Assembly (NCBI GenBank): GCA_051313645.2
Contig: JBNRSN020000014.1
Coordinates: forward strand, 32,426,001-32,490,000
DNA: 64,000 nt
Source: Centroscyllium fabricii
Taxonomy: Eukaryota
Reading direction: 5' to 3'
Each line of letters begins with the position of its first letter. Position 1 is the first letter of the stretch. Below the pieces are notes generated by a model. It searched no databases and had not been told where the DNA came from. It saw only the letters and a list, made by a program, of their open reading frames with translations. A program made the translations under genes and the position numbers. This document shows, in pieces, positions 11,800 to 23,166 of this stretch.

Positions 11800-12985
11800 A
11801 CAGCAACTTGTATTTATATAGCACCTTTTAATGTAGTAAAACGTCCCAAGATGCTTCACAGGAGTATTATAAGACGCACAATTTGGCACTGAGCCACATG
11901 GAGAAATTAGGGCAGTTGGTCAGAGGTAGGTTTTAAGGAGTGTCTTAAAGGTGGAAAGAGAAGTAGAGAGAGAGAGAGAGAGACTGAGGTTTAGGGAGGG
12001 AATTCCAGAGCTTGGGGCCTAGGCAACAAGGCACGGCCACCAATGGCGGAGTGATTTATAATAGGGATGCTCGAGGGCACAATTAGAGGAGCACCGATAT
12101 CACGGGGGTGGTTGTGAGACTGGAGGAGATTAGAGATAGGGAGGGGCAAGGCCATGGAGGGATTTGAAAACCAGGATGAGCATTTTGAAATCAGCATTTC
12201 AGTGTAGCTCAGCGAGCACACGGGCAATGGGTGAACTGCCCGAGTTGGGAGATGGGCAGCCGAGTTTTGGATGACCTCATGCTTGCATAGGGTAGAATGT
12301 GGGGGGCCAGCCAGGAGTGCGTTGGAATAGTCAAGTCTAGAGGTAACAAAGGCATGGATGAAGGTTTCAGCCGTGGATGAGCTGAGGCAAGGGCAGAGAT
12401 GGACGATTTTAGAGGTAGAAATAGGCGGCCTTGGTTATGCTGCGGATATGTGGTCGGAAGGTCATTTTGGTGAAATATGACACCAAGGTTGCGAACAGTG
12501 TGGTTCAGCCTCACAGATATAAGGGAGCGGGTCATGGAGTCAGTAGCAAGGGAACAGAGTTTGTCTGAAAACCATGGCTTTAATTAGAGAAAATTTCTGC
12601 TCCTCCAGAATTGGATGTCTGACTAGCAGTCTGACAAATCAGATCGTGGAGGGGTCGAAATAAGTGGTGGTGAGGTAGAGCTGGGTGTAGTCGGCGTACA
12701 TGTGGAACCTGGCACTGCCTTCGGATGATGTCACCAAGGGGCAACATGTAGATGAGGAATAGGAGGAGGCCACGGATCTCTCTTTGGGAGACACCAGAGG
12801 TAACGATGCTGGAGCGGGAAGAGAAGCCATTGCAGGTGATTCTCTGGTTTCGATGAAGTAGATCAGAATGGAATCAGGCGCGCGCAGTCCTACCCAGCTG
12901 GATGATGGTGGAGAGGTGTTGAAGGATGGAGTGGTCAACTGTGTCAAAGGCTGCAGACAAGTCAAGAAGGGCAAGGAGGGATAGT
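11800..12985 (-). mobile_element. Degenerate L2-type LINE RT and 3' end
   Basis: HMYADYTQLYL motif, VRNLGVIF, and an L2-like 3' end GGTGCTATATAAATACAAG on minus. Confidence 0.75.
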
Positions 12986-13119
12986 TGACCAGCTAATCAC
13001 ATTTCTCAGTCCAGTTTGAGGGTTACCCAAGGGCATGAACTGTGCTTTGGTTCAGTAGTTTGCTATCCAATATCTTGTGACCAAAGTAGTTCATAATGTA
13101 CTGGTCCACTGTACAGTCG

Positions 13120-13395
13120 GGGTGTGCTAGATTAATTTGTCATACAACTGGATCACCAACCCAGAGGTTGAATTTAAATCTTGCCATGGCAGGTTGGGAA
13201 ATTGAATTCAATAAATCTGGTCATTTGTGGGCTGACACCAGCAGAAATGACCATAAAAGCTGCCAGATTATTGTAAAAGCCAAACTGGTTCAGGAAAAGG
13301 AGCCTGTTGCCCTTAGCTGGCCTGGTCCACAACCAACTCGGTCCCATATGATGTGGTTGACTCTTAATCACCTGAAGTACTCTAGCAAGCAATAC
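13120..13395 (+). mobile_element. Old degenerate copy of the tRNA-like head region at 60823-61150
   Basis: Shares GAATTCAATAAATCTGG, TGACCAT and ATGTGGTTGACTCTTAA blocks. Confidence 0.55.
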
Positions 13396-14957
13396 ATTGC
13401 AAAAACAATTCCTTCAAGAAGCTAGCCTCTAATGCTCAGAGGAACATTGCATACTGTAGATTCAATTATGAATTCAGTACAAAAGCCAGTTGGTGTAATA
13501 CTGTTCTAAATCTGAATATGGATCTTTTCTGCTGTGGCTAACTGAGCTAGAGACCAGGAAAGACCTAGGGTTGACTCTCTGTGCTGATGTCAGTGGGATA
13601 GCAGTGGAGGCTTGGCATCAGTCCCCTCGACTGGATTAATGATTGGCTGGGATTCCTGTACAGGGTACTTGATTGCTATCTGGTGAAAGTCAACCCCTTC
13701 ACCTTGGAAAGTGTGAGCAGCCTTTGCTTTTGCTGTGTTGCCCTGCAGTTTATTAGCCTGACACTTGTCAGTGGTGTGGGAGGGGTGCAAAAATCTGGTG
13801 TTACTGGGTAAATTTTGTGAGTAATGGTATGCTAAAAGATGTCCCATCTGTGAATGTAATTACTTTGAGCTATCGGTTGCTTCCTTGAATGTTTGAAGGA
13901 CTACCTTTGCAGTTAATGCAGACCTAGCTGCTTAGTAAGTAAACATGTGATTTTAGCCATCTACACAAGTGGCAGTCTCTAGTCTGCTTTTGAAATCCTT
14001 GAGAAATGGGAGTCATCCCCTATTCCTGAACAAGAAAGATACTTCTAACCATTGCAGCAAGGTGTTCCTCTGGTACACATTTTGGGTAGAAACTTGCTGA
14101 GTGGGTGAAGTTGGTTTAAGATATTGGCGAGGGGAGAAATTGACAGTTGAAAGTGCATTTTGTCCTCTGTAGACATTGTTCTCATTTGAGCCTGAATGCT
14201 AAATCTTTGTGGCTAGAAACTATTAGATGCACTCTGGTAATGCTATGCTTCTCCCCTTGGACTGAACCATGTTGCAACCAGTGCTGCCTAGCTGTTGTAG
14301 TGGATTGCCAATTGCTGCCTGGCAGTGATGGTAAATGGGCAGACTTAGTGGGGAGAGACATCCCACCAGAGTCCTTATTGCCAGTCATAATATCAACATT
14401 TAAGTTCTTTAGTGTTCTAATCAAAAAGCACTTTGGGCACAGAAAAAGGGAGTTAGGCAATGTCTGTGGCTGGCCAGTTCACCAAGATTTGAAGGAAGTT
14501 GTTGCAGGAAGCTGATTGTCTACTTTCCTCTTCAGCTGGGTGCAGAGATGTGACGATACTTTAGCTGTTCGGTGCGCAGTTGTGCAGTCATTTCATGCCA
14601 GCTTTACTTGTTTTAGAATAACAATTGGGTTTCATATTACTGAGTGATAATGGTGCTGGTTTAAGTAGTCTGTGGTCCTGAGCAGTGGCTAAAGTTTGCA
14701 TAATCAAATTTTATCTTTTATACAAATGTTGCGTATTATATATTCTTTGCAAGTGCAACAGTTGTGGTTTCTCATTCAAAGGAGGGAGCTCTTTAATACT
14801 GCATCTGCATGCCCAAAATAACTGAACTATAACACACACTACTAAACTGTACCCTGACTGAATGATGCCATGAGACCAAGGTAGCATTTCAGCCATGCCG
14901 CTGGTGGGAAGTAAAAAAGTGTGCAAGAATCAATAATTGATTGTTGGGGCTGCTCTT

Positions 14958-16512
14958 GGAAACATAGAACATAGGAGCAGGAGTAGGCCATTCGGCCCCT
15001 CGAGCCTGCTCTGCCATTTGATGAGATCATGGCTGATCATCCAAACTCAGTACCCCGTACCTGCCTTCTCCCCATATCCCTTGATCCCTTTAGCTCTAAG
15101 AACTATATCTAACTCCTTCTTGACTATATTTAATGAATTGGCCTCAACTACATTCTGTGTAGAGGATTCCACAGGTTCACCACTCTGGATGAAGAAATTC
15201 TTCCTCTTCTCTGTCCTAAATGAGTGACCCCTTATCCTTAGACTATGACCCCTGGTTCTGGACTGTCCGACCATCGGGAACATTGTTCCTGCATCTAGTT
15301 TGTCCAGACCTGTCAGAATTTTATAAGTTTCGATGAGATCCCCTCTCATTCTTCTAAACTCCAGTGAGTAAGTCCAATCGACCCAATCTCTCCTCATACG
15401 TCATTCCTCCCATCCCAGGTATCAGCCTTGTGAACCTTCGCTGAACTCCTTCCATGGCAAGAACAACCTTCCTCAGATAAACCGACCAAAACTGCACACA
15501 GTAGTCAAGGTGCGGTCTCACCAAGGCCCTGTACAACTGCAGCAGGACATCATTGTTCCTGTACTCAAACCCTTTTGCTATGAAGGCCAACATACCATTT
15601 GCCTTCTTCACTGTCTGCTGCACCTGCATGTTTACCTTCAACGACTGGTGCACAAGGACACCCAGGTCTCATTGCACTTCCCTGTCTCCCAATCTATTTC
15701 CATTCAGATAATAGTCTGCCTTTTGGGTTTTGACACCAAAGTGGATAACCTTGCATTTATCCACGTTATATTGCATCTGCCACGCTTCTGCCCAATCATC
15801 CTGGAGTTTCTCGGTATCCTCCTCGCAGCCCACAGGCCCACCCAGCTTTGTGTCGTCTGCAAACTTGGAGATATTGCATCTAGTTCCCTCGTCTAGGTCA
15901 TTAATATATATTGTGACGAGTTGGGGTCCAAGGACCGATCCCTGCGGTACCCCACTAGTCGCTGCCTGCCACTCGGAAAAAGACCCGTTAATTCCTACTC
16001 TCTACTTTCTGTCCCCCAACCAGTTCTCTATTCAAGTCAATACCTTGCCCACAATCCCATGTGCCTTAACATTACACACTAATCTCTTATGCAGGACCTT
16101 ATCGAAAGCCTTTTGAAAGTCCAAATACACCACATCTACTGGTTTGCCCTTATCTATTCTACTAGTTACATCCTCAAAAAAAACTCCAGTAGATTAGTCA
16201 AGCACGATTTACCTTTTGTAAATCCATGTTGACTTTGTCTGATCCTGTCACTGTTTTCCAAGTGCTCTGCTATTACATACTTTATAATGGACTCTAGCAT
16301 TTTCTCCACTACCGATGTCAGGCTTACCAATCTGTAATTCCCCGCTTTTTCTCTCCCACCCTTTTTGAATAGTGGGGTAACATTAGTTACCCTCCAATCC
16401 ATGGGTACAGTTCCAGATTCCAGCGAATGTTGAAAGATGATCAGTAATGCATCTACTATTTCTAGGGCCACTTCCTTAAGTACCCGAGGATGTAAATTAT
16501 CCGGCCCTGGGA
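14958..16512 (-). mobile_element. CR1 LINE RT and 3' end, frameshifted
   Basis: PGPDNLHPRVLKEVA, VRPHLDYCVQFW; CR1 tail at about 14960. Confidence 0.92.
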
Positions 16513-16533
16513 TTGATTTATTTGTTACAGGCA

Positions 16534-19424
16534 TAGGGTTGCAAAATTATGGGAATTTTTAAGAGGAAACTTTCCATGGGAATTTGAGGGTTTTTTGCAC
16601 TGATGGTTTTTGTCTCTGACCCTTATATTATCTTTGTCATCAAAATAGACATACTGTTCCGTACAAATAAAAACCGGCTTTCAAAACTTTATTTAGGTTA
16701 TAATTTTGAACTTTATTGAACCCCCACAAGACCCATCTAAAATAAGAGTGTCAGCTTACTTAGCCTGTAATTTGTCCTTATGTTGCCCCTTTGAGTCTTC
16801 TACTCATCATTGCTCCTTTTGATTCTCTGGCTCTGACGTGTCCATTTCCTCCTCTGTCGCTGTCTAGCTGTGTGGTGGACACTTCTGTATTTGGCTCTAA
16901 GTTGTAGGTTCGCCCGGATAGCCACCAGTTTCTCCACTCTCGTTAGTCAGCCTGTTGCGCACCTTTGTATGCGTATTCCCAAAAAGTGACCAGTTTCGTT
17001 CAGAGGCCGCTGATGAAGGTGGGATTTGGAGTATCACCGATGCAATAGGTGACAGGGCCTCGGATGCACAAAGTCCCTTCCACCAGGTATTTGCACTGAT
17101 ATGCTTGCATGATTCCCATATCCTGTCCCCATTCCAAAGACCTTGCTTGGTAGAGAACTTTGCCAGACTTCCCAGAACTTTGCCCACATCCAGATTGAGA
17201 TGGTGAGAGGATAGAAATCACACTAAGCGCTGTTGATCTGTTCTCCAGAAAGGATTGGTCTCCCAACATGCTTTGGGTCTAGCATGTATGCTTGACACAA
17301 AATTATTGACGCCTCTATGAATTGAACAGCAGGGATGTGGGTAGGTCAATGCTGATTTGTTCTTTTAAATCAGTAAAAAGCCGGAGAACATCTCCTTCAA
17401 TATGAGCAATTGCAGATGCTACTGGTGAGAGTAGTTTAAGGCTGCTAACCACTCTCTCCCAAAACACATCATCCAGCAGTATTTTCTTGATGGTGGTTTC
17501 CATATCCCCAGTCTGGGATATTGCCATTTCTTGCAGTGACTCCTTACCCTCCAGAAGGCTGTTGTACATTATGACAACACCACCCCATCTAGTGTTGGGC
17601 AGCTTCAGTGTGGTGTTCTTGTTCTTTGTCATTTGCTTGGAGTTGTATGTTGCTGCAACTACCTGTTTTCCCCTGACATACTTAACAACTTGCTTGGCTC
17701 TCTTGTACAGTGCTTCCATGGTTCTCAAACCCATGATGTCCTTGAGCAGGTTAAGCCCATGAGCTGCGCACCCAATAGACGTAATATGAGGGTAGGCCTC
17801 CTCCACTTGAGCCCAAGCAGCCTTCATATTCGCAGCATTCAGTAACTACTGCAAAGACCTTTTGTGATCCAAGATCGTCAGCTCATCAGCAATGTATGTG
17901 CCTGTGTGTCTGTGCTCTTGAAGAACACGGAGAGGAGTGGAGACGATGTAGTTTATGATGCCCTCCCCTCATACATTTGACCACCCATCTGCGATAACTG
18001 CAACACAGTCTGCCATCGCTGTCATTTCTTTGAGCTTTCCTTGGACTCTGTTATACTCAGCCTCCAGCAAATAAGTAGACAAAGCATGTCTGGTGGGAGG
18101 ACAGTATGCAGGGCGAATAACATTGAAAAATCTCTTCCAGTACACATTGGCTGTGAGCATGAGGGGTGAGCCTGTTGCATATACAGCTCGAGCAAGGCAC
18201 TCATCTGCATTCTTCTGGCTATGGTTATCCATTGTGTCAAAGAACCTTCGAAGTGGGCCAGGAGTTGCTGATGATAAGGAGCCTGATGCTTCTTCTTTCG
18301 TTTGCTTCAGTATCCCGTTGTCAGATCACCAGCTCGGTTGAGGAAAGCCATGCTAGCGTTTCGTCGTCTAGAGCAGCTATGCCGGCTTCGCCGTTGGGTG
18401 GTCGATGTTTTAGACATGACTCGATGATGTGATCGACTGTCTGTTCAGGGTGACCACAGTCGCAGACAGCCGAGTCCCTGAGTCCCCATCCTTTCATGGT
18501 CGCGGCGAAACGGCCGACACCAGTCCTGAGGCGGTTGAGCATTGTCCAGCCTGATGCTGAATGAGAACCATCATCTTCTTGAATGGAAGCAGAGGAACTC
18601 TGGGCTGACTGCTGTGAGCTTTGAGTGAAGTTGTTGCATTTGGATAAATGCTGCTGCATCTTTGTGGCATTCTTTACATATGGCTTTGTACACTGTTTGC
18701 ACATGTACACAGTCTTTCCATTTTTAATGCCTGGGGTAAAATGCTTCCACACATCCAACGGTAAACGTGGCATTGTTCTATGCAGAGAAATAAAGGGCAT
18801 TCATCTGTGTCTAACTGCGGTCGATCAGCACGATTGCAACAGGGTGAGTACATTTTTGCTGATGCTCCATGTGATGGAAGCATGACCTGTACACATGACA
18901 CTACATCACCAATAGTGTATTATTTTGTATATTTTAAATTGAAGGACAACAGAGTTCAACAAGTAACTGGTTTATTTGGTATAAAGTCTGATTTACTTAC
19001 TGCATCGTCACCATCAGAAAACAAAATGACTTCCCTCAGGACCCCTAACCTGGATCTTAAAAAAAACTATAGCAGTCTTACAGATGCCTGCAGGCCAATC
19101 CCAATTCGATATGCAAATATTACAAATAGAGGGAGCTAATCGTTCATCCACTCATCCAACCAATCAGGACGCATTTATTCAGTCACACACAACTTGTTGA
19201 TTAAAACAACAAGCCAAGTAAGAAGATAAACATATATTGATTAAGAAATTCCTTAATAGTTAAGATTCCATCTCTGTTAATAATTTTGAGTACACCTGTG
19301 GGGGGGAAAAAAAGAAATACAATAAAAACAATATTATGCTAGCATGTGCTTTTTTGGGCAAAATTCCCAAGCTAAACGTCCCGTGGAAAATTTCCAGAAA
19401 TTTACTGGAAACTTTGCACCCCTA
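16534..19424 (-). mobile_element. hAT DNA transposon with both ends and a decayed transposase (BED finger, DUF659-like core, dimerisation domain)
   Basis: TIRs TAGGGTTGCAAAAT / ACTTTGCACCCCTA; perfect 8-bp TSD TACAGGCA (16526-16533, 19425-19432); motifs VWKHF..C..C..H...C, DGWSN, CAAHGLNL, NTRW, SAASERNWS. Confidence 0.93.
18291..18547 (-). mobile_element. Vingi/Ingi-like LINE 3' fragment inserted in the hAT transposase
   Basis: LNRLRTGVGR...CDCG..EQTVDHII..C (CCHC); GAA-rich tail; 11-bp TSD AGCCTGATGCT (18280-18290, 18548-18558). Confidence 0.8.
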
Positions 19425-19525
19425 TACAGGCAGCTAGCCCCTATACGGTATATCCATAGGGGCCAAGTGAAGAATTCATGCTGCACTGTAGTTTATCTGT
19501 TGCCTTTGGATTCTTTTTGGAAATA

Positions 19526-19985
19526 CAGGTTGAGCACCGTTAATCGGGTAACCGAAAAGCCAGCAACTTCAGTCGTCCGGCACAAATCTCCCCGACTGCC
19601 CTGCGCATGCGCAAAATGGGCAATGCGAGCAAGGCTTGGCGAATGATCTGCGCATACGCTCGTCGTTCGCCGAAGCCTCGATCGTGGCGCCCATTTTGCG
19701 CATGTGCAGGGCAGTCGGGGCGGACAGACAGGAGAGAGCAGCAGAGCCCACTCCAGCCTTTGATCCCGGCACATTCACACTCACCGTCCCGATTGCTTCA
19801 GGAGACGCCGACCCCATGGAAGGCAGCAGCGACTCGGACTCGGGAGGCCAAGAGCTCCGGTGCCTCGGAGTCGCTGGGATACGAGGAGGATAAGGAGGAG
19901 GCCTTCTCCGACCTGTTGGCTGAGGAGCAGATACCGCACATCAGAATTTACCGCGCGCTTGAAACGGGGACAGGTCCCGCCTAGC
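19526..19985 (+). mobile_element. Tigger4-like MITE left end with internal hairpin; no right TIR found
   Basis: TA+CAGGTTGAGCACCGTTAATC; 32-bp inverted arms at 19590-19621 and 19689-19720. Confidence 0.7.
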
Positions 19986-20560
19986 TTGCTTTGATGGGGG
20001 GGGGGGGAAATTAAAACTGTTACTCTGGGTTTTGAAGATGTCAATGTATCTGGTCAGAAGCCTTTCCGAGGGGTTCTCTTTGTGAATCAGTGATGCAACA
20101 TTCTTGTGTTGCCAATAATGTAGCCTTTACTGCTAAACTCAATCACATGGTAGTTTGGAGCCAGTAACTTGCAGCAACTAAGTGAGCTGATGAAATCAGC
20201 CCCCTCCTATGTCACAGCTGGCAGTGCCATCTGTTGTCTTGCAATGCCTGCTGCAGAACTATAAGGTGTGGGAGCTGTACGCCTACTTGCATTACAGGGG
20301 CTGAGGATTTCAAGCTGCTCTGCTTCCACCTACTGTCCTTTTGACTTGCTACCTAGCAGTTTACAGCTAACTAACCATTTATCCAGTTCTGGGGTATGCA
20401 TTACAAAGGTCCGAATCAGCGGGTGCAACTGGGAGTCTAAACTGGTTTTATGCAGCTAGTGTAAAAGATAAAGTGCAGGTACTTGGGTGTCCCTTGTAAG
20501 AGTATCATTGTTCTTGGCTGATTTCCAGTGTTCTGACTTTTCTGGTGCTTTCTCCTTTAG

Positions 20561-20744
20561 CTCTAGGAGCAGCTTATGGAACTGCTAAGAGTGGAACAGG
20601 AATTGCTGCCATGTCTGTTATGAGGCCTGAGCTAATCATGAAATCCATCATTCCTGTTGTGATGGCTGGTATCATTGCTATCTATGGACTGGTGGTGGCA
20701 GTATTAATTGCCAACTCGCTCACAGAAAAGATAACCCTATTCAA
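20561..20744 (+). CDS. ATP6V0C: V-ATPase proteolipid subunit c, coding exon 2
   Basis: TTTAG acceptor; (A)[60 protein letters not shown]; GTAAGT donor; 184 nt. Confidence 0.97.
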
Positions 20745-21109
20745 GTAAGTCACTTTTTTTTAACTGGGAACTTTTACTTTATGTTGTGGTAGTTGTGTGC
20801 AAGAGGTGGTAAAAAAAATTCTTTCAGTTCATCTATTTAAAATTTTGTCCAAAAGAATTGTCCTCTAAGGAAGTAACTGCTAACATGAGTGATCTATTTG
20901 TGTTAAGTGGCAAGACTATTTGCCAGAGAAAGCTATTTTAGTGCAATCCATTATTGCAAAATAGTTATATTGCAAAATAGTAATATTGCTATCAATGGGA
21001 TGAATAATTTGGGGTGCCCCTAGTCCTTTTCCTGGGAACACTGGCCTGTGTACTACTGAAACTACAGATGGTTGACATATTCATCGAGGACCCTGTTATG
21101 CTCTAGTAA

Positions 21110-21640
21110 AGGGAGGAAAGGTGAACTTGCAGCAACACTAATGTGGATAACTACAGGCCAGTTAGTTTAACCACTGGCAGGGACCGTATTAGCATTGTTA
21201 AAAGATGAAATTGTTAAATATCTAGACAAGAAAATAATTAAAAGCGGACAACACCATTTTCAGAACTGATCTTTGAGGTGCTGGATGTGGGGTACATGGT
21301 CTTAAGAAAGCCTTTGACAAGGTACCATGCAGGAGACTATTGGGAGAAGATTAAAGGGTGTGGATTTAGGGTAAGGTACCAAATCTGATTATAAATTGGG
21401 TCGAGGGCAGTTTCCACGGACAGAAATGAATGGTGCACCACAAGAATCTGATTCTGGAGCTGCTTCTGTTCACTGGGTTTTTATGACGAGTGACACAAGT
21501 CAAAATTTAATGAATCTATATAAAATTTTAGACTGCAGTCAGAGTACTGTGTGCATAGTTTTGAGCTTGATGCAATAAGAAGGATGGTGTGGCAAGATAA
21601 TGCATCCTGACTCACCAGGGTGTTTCCGGAGGAGGTAGTG
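21110..21640 (+). mobile_element. Highly degenerate CR1 RT fragment
   Basis: NYRPVSLT and KAFDKVP remnants. Confidence 0.6.
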
Positions 21641-21767
21641 TGATGTGATCAAGATGTTTGTCTCTGTGCGACACACAGAGGACTAGCCGGTAACTTGCTC
21701 CCAACATTCTGCTACAAAGGACTCATGAGCTATGTGGAAAATGTCCTGTGGCAACTCCTTCATTCTA

Positions 21768-21846
21768 CAGGTTGAGCACCGGTAATCCGGCACCCTCGGG
21801 ACCAGGCCGGTGCCGGACCATTGAAAATTCCGAACCACTGAAGGTT
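21768..21846 (-). mobile_element. Tigger4-like MITE end fragment
   Basis: TA+CAGGTTGAGCACCGGTAATCCGG; close to the reverse complement of 30497-30560. Confidence 0.7.
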
Positions 21847-22594
21847 GAAGAAGGGATCGAAAACCTACTGATTAGCAGAGCCATTGTGGTGTTTCCACAT
21901 TGGGGATTAAATGTTTGTACACAGTTAAACATGTAAAATCCCCTTTAACTGGCAGTTTTCCCCTCCCCTTTAAGAGAGAGGGAAAACGGGGATCACATGA
22001 CCAAGCTGTGACGTTATAACGCGTTTCGCGGGCTTTTGAATTCATTCTGTTTGTTGGAGTTGAGTAGTAAAGACCTGAGTTGAGTTACCCTCTTGATTTT
22101 GGCTGATTATTTCACTGGGAGATCATAGTCTCCCACACTATCTTGTACTTCAGAGTGCGGGAATGGCAGGGATAATTGATGGGGCTGAATTTGTGGTCAG
22201 AGGCTTCCCGCGGGGAAATGCCACCGACCCACAAATAAATTGCCCGCCTACCTGGTGGTCCAGGAGGTCCGGAGATTGGCGGTCCTGGGACTCTCCAGGT
22301 GCTGGCGGGTAGAGGCCCACGTATCCTGGGGTGCAGGCGGTTCGCGAGCGTCCCTGGGATCATGTGGGCCGGCCTAATGAACGAGAGAAGGGAATCCCCA
22401 TTCATTCTTATCGGTATTCCATATGTATGGAAACCCCATAAGTATGAATTGGAAGACCCCAGAAAATACACCTAGACATCAAATAAATAAAAATAATCAC
22501 ATATTTAAAATGAATTAAAATGGCATTTAATTCAATATTTAAAACAAAAAAATAATTTTTTGAAAAATAAATTTACATGCTTTACAGCAGGAAA

Positions 22595-22840
22595 AAGATG
22601 TGCGGGTTAGGTCGATTGGCCAGGATAAATTGACCCTTAGTGTTAGGGGGATTGAATATGTGGGGTTGCTGGGATAGGGTGGGATACGTGTCGGTGCAGG
22701 CTCGATGGGGATCGAGGGATATGGGGAGAGGGCAGGGGCGGGGTGCTGGGTTTGGATGATCAGCCATGATCTCATTGAATGGCGGTGCAGGCTCGAAGGG
22801 CTGAATGGCCTACTCCTGCTCCTATCTTCTATGTTTCTAT
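22595..22840 (+). mobile_element. 5'-truncated V-SINE
   Basis: Near-identical to 2938-3185. Confidence 0.85.
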
Positions 22841-22854
22841 GTTTAATTATGAAG

Positions 22855-23048
22855 CCATGATGTGGAGGTGTTGGACTGGGGTGGACAAATGTAAGAAGTC
22901 ACAACACCAGGTTATAGTCCAACAGTTTTATTAGAAATCTCAAGCTTTCGGAGTGCTGCTCCTTCCTTCACCTGATGGAGCAGCACTCCGAAAGCTTGTG
23001 ATTTCTAATAAAGCTGTTGGACTATAACCTGGTGTTGTGACTGCTTAC
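22855..23048. mobile_element. Palindromic Penelope-type small element with 14-bp TSD
   Basis: GTTTAATTATGAAG at 22841-22854 and 23049-23062; about 75-bp inverted arms; damaged hammerhead CTGATG-GAGCAGCACTCC-GAAAGCTT. Confidence 0.8.
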
Positions 23049-23166
23049 GTTTAATTATGAAGGGGTGGGAGCAGTAGATAGTTTGCAGTGGTTGAGTTTA
23101 GCCCAAGATGACATGGATATAACATTTCGGAAGAGTAAGACTCTTGATATTCTGAGAAATGCACTA

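Noticed and set aside
22180-22570. GC-rich then AT-rich block resembling a Harbinger-type MITE end
   Set aside because: No matching second TIR found and family not recognisable with confidence.
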